This document shows positions 1 through 10,301 of a DNA stretch of 64,000 bases, piece after piece. Source of the DNA: an uncultured Nitrososphaerales archaeon (GTDB taxonomy: Archaea > Thermoproteota > Nitrososphaeria > Nitrososphaerales > Gagatemarchaeaceae); assembly GCA_963706445.1 (NCBI GenBank), contig OY970160.1:736001-800000 (forward strand), read 5' to 3'. A program made the position numbers and the translations under genes. The notes under the pieces are model-generated. The model searched no databases. It was given only the letters and a program-made list of their open reading frames with translations, and was not told the origin of the DNA. Positions within the stretch are counted from its first letter, which is position 1. Each line of letters starts with the position of its first letter.

Positions 1-433
1 AGCATCCAGAACTGGATGGCGGGACGTCGTCATGGTTGCCGAAACAGGGGACTGTGTTCAATTGAAGCTCACTATGTCAAACAATTCGTCAATGTCAGCC
101 ATGTCTGCCATTGAATTGTCTCGCGATGAGGGTTTGGGTGGAGGAGAAGTTCTCTTTCTTTGCATCTGTTCTCATGAACGGAAACGCCGGGTTCAGTATT
201 TACATTCGTGGAATATAGCGTATGAACGCAATGTCCATTCATTCTATATACCGTATAGGACCATTCGTTGCCATCCAAATGTGCCCAGCAAGGCAGGAGT
301 CTTGCCTTTGGCCTAGGTCCTCGGGCACCCGTCCATGAGCCAGGGGGGAAGGCAACATAGGGAGCAAGGCAGAAGAAGGCGAAGTTTGACGAGAGCTTCC
401 GATTCACCCGCCAGATGGAGACGGAGTCATGAC

Positions 434-2488
434 ATGCGGACGGTCATCCTGATTGCCCTGGTTGTTCTGGTGCTGTTCGGGGTGCAGGCGATTATTGCGC
501 CCCTCACTCGCGCTACCAGTGGCCCGGGAAGCGTCGTCACCGGACTAAGCATTGGGTACCCCGTAAGCCTGAATAATCAACAAAAGTTGTTCTTCGATAG
601 CACCTCAAAGCTCTGGTGGATTTTCTACTCCGACGGTTCTGCGATGCAATGCACCACTTCGAGCGATGGTGTCAGTTGGGCTCCACCCTACATGATAAAC
701 TCCAGCGTGCCGTCAGGGAACAAGTTTAGCGGTTGGCTTAACTCGAGCACTGGTGAATTCTACTACGTCGCTACGAATGGCGGTCCCTACTTCCACTATC
801 ATTACGGGGAGCTCTCCGCTTCCGGGTGTGGATCAATATCATGGTCCACCAAGGAGGTGGCCGGCTCCTTCGGCAACGTAAACACGCCCACGATTTCTGC
901 GTCCTCTCCTTCAGCCATATGGATCTCTGTGACTGAGAACACGAAAACCAACTACTACATTGAGGTGTTCCTATGCAATGCCTCGGGATGTTCCAGCAAA
1001 CATCTGGTACCCCTCCCCAACATAACCTACGAGTCTATCGTTCTAAGCATGGGCAGTGGTCAGTCGAGTTCACTCGATGCTGGATTGCTCTATGCGGCAG
1101 ATAACGTCAACGGGGGGAGCCCCATAAGGTTCGACTATACCACTGACGGAGGAAATACCTGGGTAAACTCATCTTTTGAGACCGTCAACAGCTACGGCGG
1201 CAACAGGATGTCCGCTTATGGCCTCGGCAAGACAGTCTATGTCGCGGGAATCGAAGACAACCCCAACAATGTTCTGTTCTTCAATTACACGCTCGGGGGA
1301 ACGAAATCGGCTGAAACGCAGGTAATAGCAGCAGGGGGATCCGTTAGGAACGTCGACATCACCGCTTACAACGGCACTGGCCTGGTCGTGGGTTACACAG
1401 ATTCCACGAACGTGGGGTACGCCTATACCTCCGATCTAGGCAATAGCTGGAAGCCGGTCCAGATTCTGTTCTCTGGAGAGCCCACGATCTACCAATCTGT
1501 GCTGAACATCGGGCGAGGGCCTGATAACCTGATTGGGTTGCTCTGGTCACAGGGGACGAGCTCCCGGGACATCGAGTTCGGCACTTTCAGTCTGCCTGGC
1601 TCAACAATAACCACTACCTCCGTCATTATTACGAGCCCCACAACTCGGACTGGCAGCAGCAATATCACAAGCATCTCAACGAATACTACACGCACCGGCT
1701 CCTCAAACTCCAGCATTTCAATCACAAACACAGGCTCCGTTCAAACTACCACAACCAACCCCACCGTCGCCACGAGCCCTACGACATCCACAACAGGCCA
1801 GGGTGCATCATCCAAGGCTACGTCTGACCAAGTTTACTTGCTGCTCTCAATGGACATCCTGAGCGCATTCGTTGCCTATCCGATTAGCTACTATTCCTTC
1901 AGGTTCAACAGGTTCCTGGACAGCAATTCACTCAAGGTGATCAGCGTCGGGTTCGCGATCCTTGGGACAGGCCTCCTAGTCGAGGGGCTGACGACTTTCA
2001 TCGCTGACGCCACGGTGGTTGATGGGCTACTCGCCAAGAAGCTAGTTGCCGATGGGGGTCTGATATTCCTCGCGCTGCAGCTGGTGGCCTACGTCTCTTT
2101 CGTCTGGGGGTATGGAATGCAGGTCTTCGGTAAGGAAAGGGCGGGCACCAGCCGTTTGACCGATCCTGGGGCGGTGTTGCCCGTGAGCGTCATCACCTTA
2201 ACATTCGGGGCATACTATGATGTCGCCCTTCTCGCATACCTCCTCATGGTCGCCCTCTTGGCCTTCGTCGTCTTTGAGGCCGTGCTAATCTACGGCAAGA
2301 ACAAGAGACGCTCGGCCCTGATCGTCCTCCTCGGTTTCGCATTGATACTCGTCGGTCATGTCCTCATGCTCGATTCGATAGCCGCCCGACTCCCAACGAC
2401 CTTCTATGACGGCACCGTTGCCCAGTTCGTCGGCTTCATCTTGTTGCTCTGGTTCGTCGTCAGGAGCGGCAGAATTCGTGCAACCTGA
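434..2488 (+). CDS. Receptor-like fusion: N-terminal signal/anchor, Asp-box (BNR) beta-propeller, Ser/Thr-rich stalk, C-terminal ~7-TM domain
   Basis: ORF 335..2488; probable start ATG 434 (MRTVILIALVV...). Asp-boxes SSDGVSW, TTDGGNTW, TSDLGNSW; ~75-aa S/T linker; multiple hydrophobic helices from QVYLLLSMD onward. Confidence 0.75.
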   Translation: MRTVILIALVVLVLFGVQAIIAPLTRATSGPGSVVTGLSIGYPVSLNNQQKLFFDSTSKLWWIFYSDGSAMQCTTSSDGVSWAPPYMINSSVPSGNKFSGWLNSSTGEFYYVATNGGPYFHYHYGELSASGCGSISWSTKEVAGSFGNVNTPTISASSPSAIWISVTENTKTNYYIEVFLCNASGCSSKHLVPLPNITYESIVLSMGSGQSSSLDAGLLYAADNVNGGSPIRFDYTTDGGNTWVNSSFETVNSYGGNRMSAYGLGKTVYVAGIEDNPNNVLFFNYTLGGTKSAETQVIAAGGSVRNVDITAYNGTGLVVGYTDSTNVGYAYTSDLGNSWKPVQILFSGEPTIYQSVLNIGRGPDNLIGLLWSQGTSSRDIEFGTFSLPGSTITTTSVIITSPTTRTGSSNITSISTNTTRTGSSNSSISITNTGSVQTTTTNPTVATSPTTSTTGQGASSKATSDQVYLLLSMDILSAFVAYPISYYSFRFNRFLDSNSLKVISVGFAILGTGLLVEGLTTFIADATVVDGLLAKKLVADGGLIFLALQLVAYVSFVWGYGMQVFGKERAGTSRLTDPGAVLPVSVITLTFGAYYDVALLAYLLMVALLAFVVFEAVLIYGKNKRRSALIVLLGFALILVGHVLMLDSIAARLPTTFYDGTVAQFVGFILLLWFVVRSGRIRAT

Positions 2489-2759
2489 AAAGCAGCGTAG
2501 CACCCTTCGGATTTGTCTCGACATCATAAATGCGGTGAAGGACCTTCAAAACGCAAAACCTACTCATATCCTGAACAAGGCGAACCTATCCCACGACAGG
2601 CTAGTCAAGTACCTGGACCAGCTTGTCACCCACGGCCTCATAGAAGCAAAGAGAGACGGTGAAAGCACGTACTATGTGATAACCACCAGGGGGGTCCAAT
2701 TCCTGATAGAAATGCAGAGGGCAGACGAGTTTGTGGCTGGCTTCGGGCTTTCTCTGTGA
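2478..2759 (+). CDS. Archaeal winged helix-turn-helix regulator (HTH_45/ArnR-like type)
   Basis: RSTLRICLDIINAV...KPTHILNKANLSHDRLVKYLDQL...YVITTRG pattern. GTG 2478 overlaps the end of the upstream gene. Confidence 0.8.
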   Translation: MQPEKQRSTLRICLDIINAVKDLQNAKPTHILNKANLSHDRLVKYLDQLVTHGLIEAKRDGESTYYVITTRGVQFLIEMQRADEFVAGFGLSL

Positions 2760-3099
2760 ATCATGATCGGTGTAAGGCGAAGGTGACGCGCATCCCTAAA
2801 ACAGGCATGAAAGAATCTGTTACGAGGCACTGCTTATGAAGTAAATATCCCCGCCGCCCGTCGTATTGTCCTGCCACACAACGTATACGTTCCCAAGGCC
2901 CGCGGCTATTAGAGGACCCTGCCCACCGGCCGGGTCACCAGGCCTGGCCATTTCTCATCGTTCATCTCGAGGGCACTTCAAAGCATAGAGAATCGAGGAT
3001 ACCTGCTTACTTAGTGGAACAATCAACTAGAAACTCCATAGTATCTTGACGCATTGATTCCGTCGGGCTTATTACCGGAGTCTCGTAAGAGTTCGAAGG

Positions 3100-4500
3100 A
3101 TGCGTTCTACGAAAAAGGCGTACCTATCGGCGTTCGCCCTTTCCTGCTTTGTCCTTCTCGCCTTTAGCGGAGCAGCTTCTGCAACGTCAGGCGGAGTAAC
3201 CTTTGGTGCCATACAGAACCTCAGCATCAACCCAGGTGCTTCGACCGCGCCGGTGGTGGCCACCACCAGCGATGGCACTCACCAGTACGTGTACGTCGCA
3301 TGGGAGGACACGAGCAACGGCGGGAGCAAGACCTTCTTCCAAAGGAGTACCGATGGTGGCACTATGTGGGGCTTCGTCATTGTCTTCACTGGCATCTCCG
3401 GGAAGGCCAACGCCAGGACCAGCGCAGTCCAGATCGCCGCCGAGGGACAGTATGTCTTTCTCACTTGGGAACAAGGAAGCCAGACCGCGTTCGCTTCCTC
3501 CTCAGACTACGGCGCCACGTTCTCCTGTGGGGCCTCCTCCACCATCGCATGCGTACTTTCAGCCGGAGTCCCCGCAGGCGTAATGACTGCCCAGGCTGTA
3601 GCAGCAAGTGGGAGCAACGTCTATGTGGGATGGGCCGACAGCGCCAGTGACGGATCACAATACATCTTCTTGGCCGCCAGCACAAATGCGGGCGCCACTT
3701 TCTCGACTCCAGTGCAGCTGAATACCGGAGCGGCGGAGTTCACACACGGAGAAACCGAGCTGGCAGCGAGCGGGAACTACGTGTATGCAACCTGGGACCT
3801 CGTCTGGTTCTCGGTCAGTGCAGACAACGGTCAGACCTGGTCTACCCCGACACAGATGATACCATCCAGCTGCTTCTTCCCGTGCATCGGGAGAGAGCCA
3901 ATGATTTCGGCCTCCGGCAGCTACGTGTATCTGACCTTCCCCATGGGTGGATATCATGGGGCTGGGTCGTACAGCGCGATCGTGAACGTGAGCCCCGACA
4001 ACGGGAATACTTGGACTCAGATCAACTTGAGCGGCGCGTATCTTTCAAACATCAGGGAAGTCCAGGTTACGTCCTACGGCGACAACGTGTATGTGACTTC
4101 AAGAGGTACGAACACCGGGGTGAAGGGGGTCCAGCAGTACGTGTACGTCTCCAACGATGATGGCAAGGATTGGGCCGGACCTACTATCCTGGGGGTTCTA
4201 TCAGGTGCGGAGAACGGCTTCGGAGGCCTTGCCGTTGACCAGAGTACTGGCGCGGTCTACGTCCAGTGGCCCCATGGCAACACCGGGCAGGTCTATCTTT
4301 CCGCGAGTCAGGATGACGGAGCAACCTGGTCGGCTGTTCAGCAGGTGAGCGCGTCCACCGGAGGCGTTGTGAGCATGGGAGACCCAAGCGGAGGCCAGGG
4401 TCCCATGGCCGCAGCGGGCAACGGCTATCTCTTTGTCGTCTGGGAGGACCTTTCTACGGGCAACGGGGACATCTATTTTGCCGCAGTCGCGCCTTCCTAG
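3100..4500 (+). CDS. Secreted Asp-box/BNR beta-propeller (sialidase-like fold), paralog 1
   Basis: Signal peptide; repeated SxDxGxTW/F boxes with YVYVxW strands. Confidence 0.8.
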   Translation: MRSTKKAYLSAFALSCFVLLAFSGAASATSGGVTFGAIQNLSINPGASTAPVVATTSDGTHQYVYVAWEDTSNGGSKTFFQRSTDGGTMWGFVIVFTGISGKANARTSAVQIAAEGQYVFLTWEQGSQTAFASSSDYGATFSCGASSTIACVLSAGVPAGVMTAQAVAASGSNVYVGWADSASDGSQYIFLAASTNAGATFSTPVQLNTGAAEFTHGETELAASGNYVYATWDLVWFSVSADNGQTWSTPTQMIPSSCFFPCIGREPMISASGSYVYLTFPMGGYHGAGSYSAIVNVSPDNGNTWTQINLSGAYLSNIREVQVTSYGDNVYVTSRGTNTGVKGVQQYVYVSNDDGKDWAGPTILGVLSGAENGFGGLAVDQSTGAVYVQWPHGNTGQVYLSASQDDGATWSAVQQVSASTGGVVSMGDPSGGQGPMAAAGNGYLFVVWEDLSTGNGDIYFAAVAPS

Positions 4501-4716
4501 ACCGTAGAACGTTCAACGGTCATAGCCTATAACGCAGTGTCTTCCTGACGAATTCAAGGAGTCTCTTATCGCTACTCAAGGTGGTCACGAAGAACAGAGC
4601 GCAATTCCATCCTCGATGGAGGAGGACTCCCTGGGATATGGAAGACGAGGTGCAATTACTCCACAACGGCTTTTAACCTCAATTAGAACCACTAATTCAA
4701 GTTGGGAGTTCATTCT

Positions 4717-6117
4717 ATGCACAGGATTAGTATCGGAATTCTCTTGATCTCCTTAATACTCGTTCCCACGGCCGTATTCGTTCGACCCGCCGATGCCACG
4801 TCTTCTCAAGTTAGCTTTGGTGCGGTTCAGAACCTGAGCGCCGGGATGGCTGGCAATGACACTGCACCGGTAGTTGCCACGGTGGGATCCAATGTATACG
4901 TGGCGTGGGAGGACAACCCTGCCAAAGGTCACCCAGTGACATACTTCACCACCAGCGCGGACAACGGCACTTCCGGTACATGGAGTACTCCTATCGCGTT
5001 TTCGGGTCTGCCTGGAGGCGCGACACCGCAGACGAGCGCGGTCCAGATTGCTGCCGAGGGGGAATACGTGTTCCTTACATGGGAGCAAAATAGCCAGACT
5101 GCCTATGCCATCAGCGCAAACTACGGTACGACATTCACCTACGGCCTGCTAACCGTCCCTAGCACCCTCACCGGAACAATGAGTGGTGAAGTCGTGTCCG
5201 CCTGCGGTACCTACGCTTACTTCACATGGGCGGACATACTGAGTTCAAACAGCAAAGACAAGCCGATTGTCTTCGTTCAAGCGCATGATACTACGGGCAA
5301 CGGAAACTTTGTGTTCAGCACTGCGAAATCGCTTTCGTCAACAAATAGCAACCATGAGGAAGACGAGTCGGCATGTACTGGCAGCTACGTGTACGTCGTG
5401 TGGGACTCGATCTACTTCACCGTGAGCAAGAACAACGGAGCAACTTGGTCCACGGCTAAACAGCTCAGACCAGCAGGAGGAAACGGGGGATCGCTCGCAA
5501 GGGAGCCCATGGTATCGGCCTCTGGACCAAACGTGTATGTGACAACCCCTAGCGACACGACGCCTGATGGTTCGTACCAGACCTTCGTCGTGGTAAGCAA
5601 CAACCACGGGGCAACTTTCTCACCTGCAAAGGATCTCAGCTATGGCTATCTGTCCAACGCAAGAGAAGTGCAGGTGGCATCCTCTGGTACCAACGTGTAC
5701 ATAACGTCGCGGGGAGAATCGGCAACCGTGAGCGGTACTCAGCAGTACATCTATGTGTCAAACAATAACGGATCTACTTTCTCAGCGCCAATACTCCTGG
5801 GGCCCAAACTTCCTAACCCTGAGAACGGATTCGGAGGCCTAGCAATATACGGAAACAACGTGTTCGTCCAGTGGGTGCACAACGCAAAGTCCAAGGGAGT
5901 ACAGCAGGTGTTCTTTGCAGCCAGTCAAGACAACGGGGCGACTTGGGCACCGAATCAGCAACTGAGCAGTTCCACAGGCGGGGTCGTGGGATATGGCGAC
6001 CCATCTGGTGGGCAGGGCCCCCTGATAGCCGCGGGCATGGGTAACGTCTACGCCGTATGGCAGGACAATACGACGGGCGGCGGAGACATCTACTTCATAG
6101 CAGGCACCGCTGCTTGA
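4717..6117 (+). CDS. Secreted Asp-box/BNR beta-propeller, paralog 2
   Basis: Signal peptide; Asp-boxes; shares SAVQIAAEG, REPM, REVQ, ENGFGG and GDPSGGQGP motifs with paralog 1. Confidence 0.8.
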   Translation: MHRISIGILLISLILVPTAVFVRPADATSSQVSFGAVQNLSAGMAGNDTAPVVATVGSNVYVAWEDNPAKGHPVTYFTTSADNGTSGTWSTPIAFSGLPGGATPQTSAVQIAAEGEYVFLTWEQNSQTAYAISANYGTTFTYGLLTVPSTLTGTMSGEVVSACGTYAYFTWADILSSNSKDKPIVFVQAHDTTGNGNFVFSTAKSLSSTNSNHEEDESACTGSYVYVVWDSIYFTVSKNNGATWSTAKQLRPAGGNGGSLAREPMVSASGPNVYVTTPSDTTPDGSYQTFVVVSNNHGATFSPAKDLSYGYLSNAREVQVASSGTNVYITSRGESATVSGTQQYIYVSNNNGSTFSAPILLGPKLPNPENGFGGLAIYGNNVFVQWVHNAKSKGVQQVFFAASQDNGATWAPNQQLSSSTGGVVGYGDPSGGQGPLIAAGMGNVYAVWQDNTTGGGDIYFIAGTAA

Positions 6118-6155
6118 ACCTGAGAAGCATACCAGCGAGATTGCCGCCAGTCAGC

Positions 6156-7544
6156 GTGAAGCGCATTCTCTTTTTCACGGTTGTTTCCCTAATCGTTCTA
6201 TCTCCTGTGGCCTACGGCGCGAAGGCGCCCTCCCCCCGCTTCACGTTCTCAATCCAGAACCTCAGCAACGACTCCGGCGCGTCCACCGCCCCGGTAGTCG
6301 CCACCGTCAACTACGGCGGCCACCAGTACGTCTACGTGGCGTGGGAGGACAAGACCCCTGGAAAGACGACGACATTCTTCCGCGTCAGCGTCGACGGTGG
6401 TATCTTCAAAACGCCTACTGAGTTCACAGGCCTGGGGGGCTCCGCCAATGCCCAAGACAGTGCCGTTCAGATCGCGGCCGAGGGGCAATACGTGTTCTTG
6501 ACATGGGAGCAGGACGACCAGAGTGCTTACGCCATTAGCTCTAACAATGGCGCGACATTCAGCTCCAATCTGTTCTCCGTAACAGGGGCCCTGTCAGGAA
6601 CGATGACAGGCGAAGCGATAAGTGCGTGCGGGAGGTATGCGTACTTCACCTGGGCAGACTTTGAAACGTCAGGCCTTAACAAGCCCATCCTCTACGTCGT
6701 AGCCCACGATAAAGGTGGGGGAGACTTCACCTTCACCTCACCGACAGCAGTTTCCTCCACGGCCAGCGCTCATGGGGAAGACGAGTCAGCGTGCGTCGGC
6801 GACTACGTGTACATCGTGTGGGACTCGATCTACTTCACCGCGAGTTCGAACCACGGGAAATCTTTCTCCACCCCGCAGCAGCTCCATAGTCCGTACTGTT
6901 CATTTCCATGCCTCGCGAGAGAGCCGATGATATCTGCCAATGGGACAAACGTCTATGTTACCTTCCCGAGCGACAACACAACTACACTCGGGGTTACGGG
7001 GCCATACAATACATACATCGTTGTCAGCCACGATAATGGGGCGACGTTTCCCAAGGGTCCGCAGCTATTGAGCAAGGGCTTCTCCAACACCAGAGAAGTG
7101 CAGGTCGCGTCCTATGGTTCCAACGTCTACGTGACTTCGCGCGGCACCAAGAGCGGAGTAGCGGGAACGCAGCAGTACATTTACGTCTCCACCGACAGTG
7201 CAGGCACATTCTCTGCAGGGATCCCTCTGGCTTCTTCTCCCCAATCTGGTCCTGAGAACGGATTTGGAGGGTTCGCCCTCGACCAAACCACGGGGAACGT
7301 GTACGTCCAGTGGCTTCATGGCATTATCTCCCAGCTCTACATAAGCGAGAGCACCAACAGCGGCGCCAGCTGGAGCGGAGGCCAGCAGGTGAGCCAGTCA
7401 ACCGGAGGAGTCATTGCGATGGGCGATCCCCACGGAGGCCAGGGGCCCGTGGCTGCTGCTGACAACGGGAAGGTCTACATAGTGTGGGAAGACACTTCGA
7501 CCGGCAACGGCGACATTTACTTCACCTCGGCGCCCTCGATGTAG
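6156..7544 (+). CDS. Secreted Asp-box/BNR beta-propeller, paralog 3
   Basis: ORF 6057..7544; probable start GTG 6156 just before the signal peptide; same motifs. Confidence 0.8.
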   Translation: MKRILFFTVVSLIVLSPVAYGAKAPSPRFTFSIQNLSNDSGASTAPVVATVNYGGHQYVYVAWEDKTPGKTTTFFRVSVDGGIFKTPTEFTGLGGSANAQDSAVQIAAEGQYVFLTWEQDDQSAYAISSNNGATFSSNLFSVTGALSGTMTGEAISACGRYAYFTWADFETSGLNKPILYVVAHDKGGGDFTFTSPTAVSSTASAHGEDESACVGDYVYIVWDSIYFTASSNHGKSFSTPQQLHSPYCSFPCLAREPMISANGTNVYVTFPSDNTTTLGVTGPYNTYIVVSHDNGATFPKGPQLLSKGFSNTREVQVASYGSNVYVTSRGTKSGVAGTQQYIYVSTDSAGTFSAGIPLASSPQSGPENGFGGFALDQTTGNVYVQWLHGIISQLYISESTNSGASWSGGQQVSQSTGGVIAMGDPHGGQGPVAAADNGKVYIVWEDTSTGNGDIYFTSAPSM

Positions 7545-8348
7545 AGCGCCACCAGTTCGGCTGCATCAAATATCAATCGAAGGCAATTTCACTACCTTGG
7601 AATGCTTCCCTGAGCGAGACTATCACAAAGGGCTCGGCCTGATCGACCCCCACAGGTTAGGTCTGAAGATCACTCTAGTCTGCACTCTACCTCTTTTGCC
7701 TGAAATGAAGCATTGTTGGACAAGGCGCCATCGAGCGGAACGCACGCTTTCCGTTGATTCTCTAAACAAACGTCTCGGCCCGTATCAAGCAACGCATCCT
7801 CATACCCTGCCCCACAACCTATTCTTCCTTGGGGCAAAGATTCCAGTCCTTGCTCTTTTATCGACCTGGCGGCGACGTGCGCAATTAATGGGCATGAAAT
7901 CTTCTGTCCGTATTAGGGTTCCCCTCACGAGGGCATCATTTATGATGTAATTAGATAACAAGCAAGCTCTGCGATTGATGCATCCAGACACATCAATCAA
8001 TAAGTAAAGGTCTTCTGGTAGCATGTTCTACATGGCAGGCCAGTCAACAGGAAACGACTACCTCCTTTCCCTTCAAAGCATCTCGGCGGGAAACGACGCT
8101 GCACTCCACTTCGACATTCTTGGCAATCACCTCTCCTTTCGTTCGTAAGAATTGTTCCTCGCAACCCACGACTATCGCCCTTCTTTTGAGAGCAGAACTC
8201 AATCTTCACTCTTTCAGGGCGAAGATTGTAATGATTCGGCTGCGTCGAACGGCATCCACGCCCTGCGCTCGAGCAGAACTCCGTCTGCTTGGCTAAACCC
8301 CGTGTAGGTCATTTGTTGGCAATGATTCAAGTCGATACCTCCAAGGGG

Positions 8349-10027
8349 ATGAAGTACGTTGCGGGATTGGCGCTGGTTTTGTTCCTTTTCATGCCCATTG
8401 GAGCGGTTCTGGGAGCCTCGCAGCCTCAACCAGGTTCGACTGCCAACACTGCGGGTTCGAACCAGGGCCCTCTAAACCAGGGCGCCATTGCGGCAGCCTC
8501 CGGGTCCCTCCCAACCTTCGTCCCCCGTTCATCCCAACCGCAGAGTGTCTATGTCGTCAATGGCGGGACGCTGAATTATGAAGTCGCCACCATCGAAGGA
8601 CTGGTCGCGCGAACCCAACCCCAGATATTTTTGGGCTCCACTTCCCAAGACAACTTCTGGCTCGACTACTCTGTCCAGCTCTACGGCATCAAGACCCAGT
8701 CCGCATCTCAGACGACGGTACTGCAGATGTTCAAGAGTCTCGTAAGCGACAGCTCCGGAAAGGTGAAGATTATCCTCTACAGCGCCAACGATCCGATCTT
8801 CCCTACCCAGCTTAACATAGCAAGGACCCTCGCGGGGTATACGACGCCCTCCCTGTTTCGAGCTCCGAGCTCAAGTCAGTGGAATCAGTCTACGGCTCCT
8901 CGAACGTAGACACTCTCTACAACCTGGAGGGCATGTTCAGCAACACGGTAACGGCCTATTCTTGGCTATGGACGCAAGTGGGTGGGAGCGTTACCAAGTC
9001 AGCGGTTGCGATCTCTCCGGGTGGGACTGGGCTGACAGACTACATCGTGGAGCACTCGATGTTTGTATTTGAATTCAGCACCACCACCATGACCTCTTCG
9101 GAGAGCACCGAAGCGACGAAGATCCTGTCGAACTACAAGCAGGGAACACCTGTGTTTGGCTTCTTTGGACTGGGAGTAGAGACTAACACCATTGACTTCC
9201 TGTCCCCCCTCGGCTTCTACATGATCCCATGTGACCAAGTGACAAACCTGAGCTTCTACTCTGGCTTGCCAGAAGCCATTAACTTGCAACAAGCCCCCCC
9301 GCCCAGCCCCGTCACCTACAGCCCCAGCAAGGTCTACATTACCATTCAATATTCGCAGGGGAACTCCATCGAGTATCTCTTTGGCGCCAACATGCAGATG
9401 TGGACCGAGACCGACTCTAAGGGCAATCTTATCAGGTCGGAACTCCCAGAATCTTGGCAGATCAACCCGGTCGCGGCCGAACTCGCCCCTCCGATCATTG
9501 AATACTGGTACAAGACGATGACCCCGGACGACTACTTCCTGTCTTCCACTTCTGATGGCCTCGGGTACGTTCACCCCGACCAGCTCCCGAACATGGCGGC
9601 CTACTTCAACTTGGCCGACCAGTTCAACGCGAACGTGAACCTGAACGAGATGATCATGGTGACGGGGACCAACACCAACAAGGTGCAAACCTCTCTTTAC
9701 CAGCAGATAGTCGCAGATGCATCCGTTACGGCGATATTCTCGAAGCTCCCTCACAACGCAAACCCCGTAGAAGCCTTGGGGGTACCGGTCTTCTCGATGA
9801 CCTACAAGGCACCCCAAAAGACGACTTGGACCAATGCCGACGTAACCACGGCAGTGAAGGCAATCAACTCGCTGGCGAGTTCGACCAAGTTCATCTGGAT
9901 TTACATGGACGCCGTCAACCCTGGCCCGGCCTTCCTGCTGGCTCTGGTCAAAGCCCTTGGCTCGAACTATGTTCCTCTGAGAGCCGACCAGTTCACGTCT
10001 GTCTATCAGCAGTATGCGTCCAAATGA
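8349..10027 (+). pseudogene. GxGYxYP-family putative glycoside hydrolase, split by a 1-nt frameshift (real lesion or sequencing error)
   Basis: N-part has signal peptide and ATIEGLVARTQPQIF; C-part has W(Q)INP and SDGLGYVHP. Adding one G to the run at 8834-8837 restores ...ARTLAGVYDALPVSSSELKSVESVYG. Confidence 0.7.
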
Positions 10028-10301
10028 AGGTCCATGGGCCCATCCTTGGTCGAGTCGCTGCAAATGCCCACACTAAGTAAGGAAACATCAACCGGCGCCT
10101 GAGCAATCTTGCATAGATCGGGCCCCGAGTCTCGACGGCCCTGATACATTTCCAAAGCACTTCAAAGAACAGGCGCGTACCTAGAACAGGTAGCTCATGT
10201 CAAAACCATTGACCTCTCACTAAGGACCTCCTGAAAAGTTGATTATCTTGGCAGATGTTTCACAAGACTTAAACAGGCGGAGAGGGCCGTCGTTCCATTA
10301 G

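Noticed and set aside
7545-8290. Genes or ncRNA in the 750-bp spacer
   Set aside because: The short ORFs lack protein-like features and I see no convincing structure; probably decayed DNA.
8999-10063. 354-aa minus-strand ORF (similarly 12224..13039, 10770..11411, 58844..59365)
   Set aside because: Antisense shadows of well-supported genes, explained by codon bias; no motifs.
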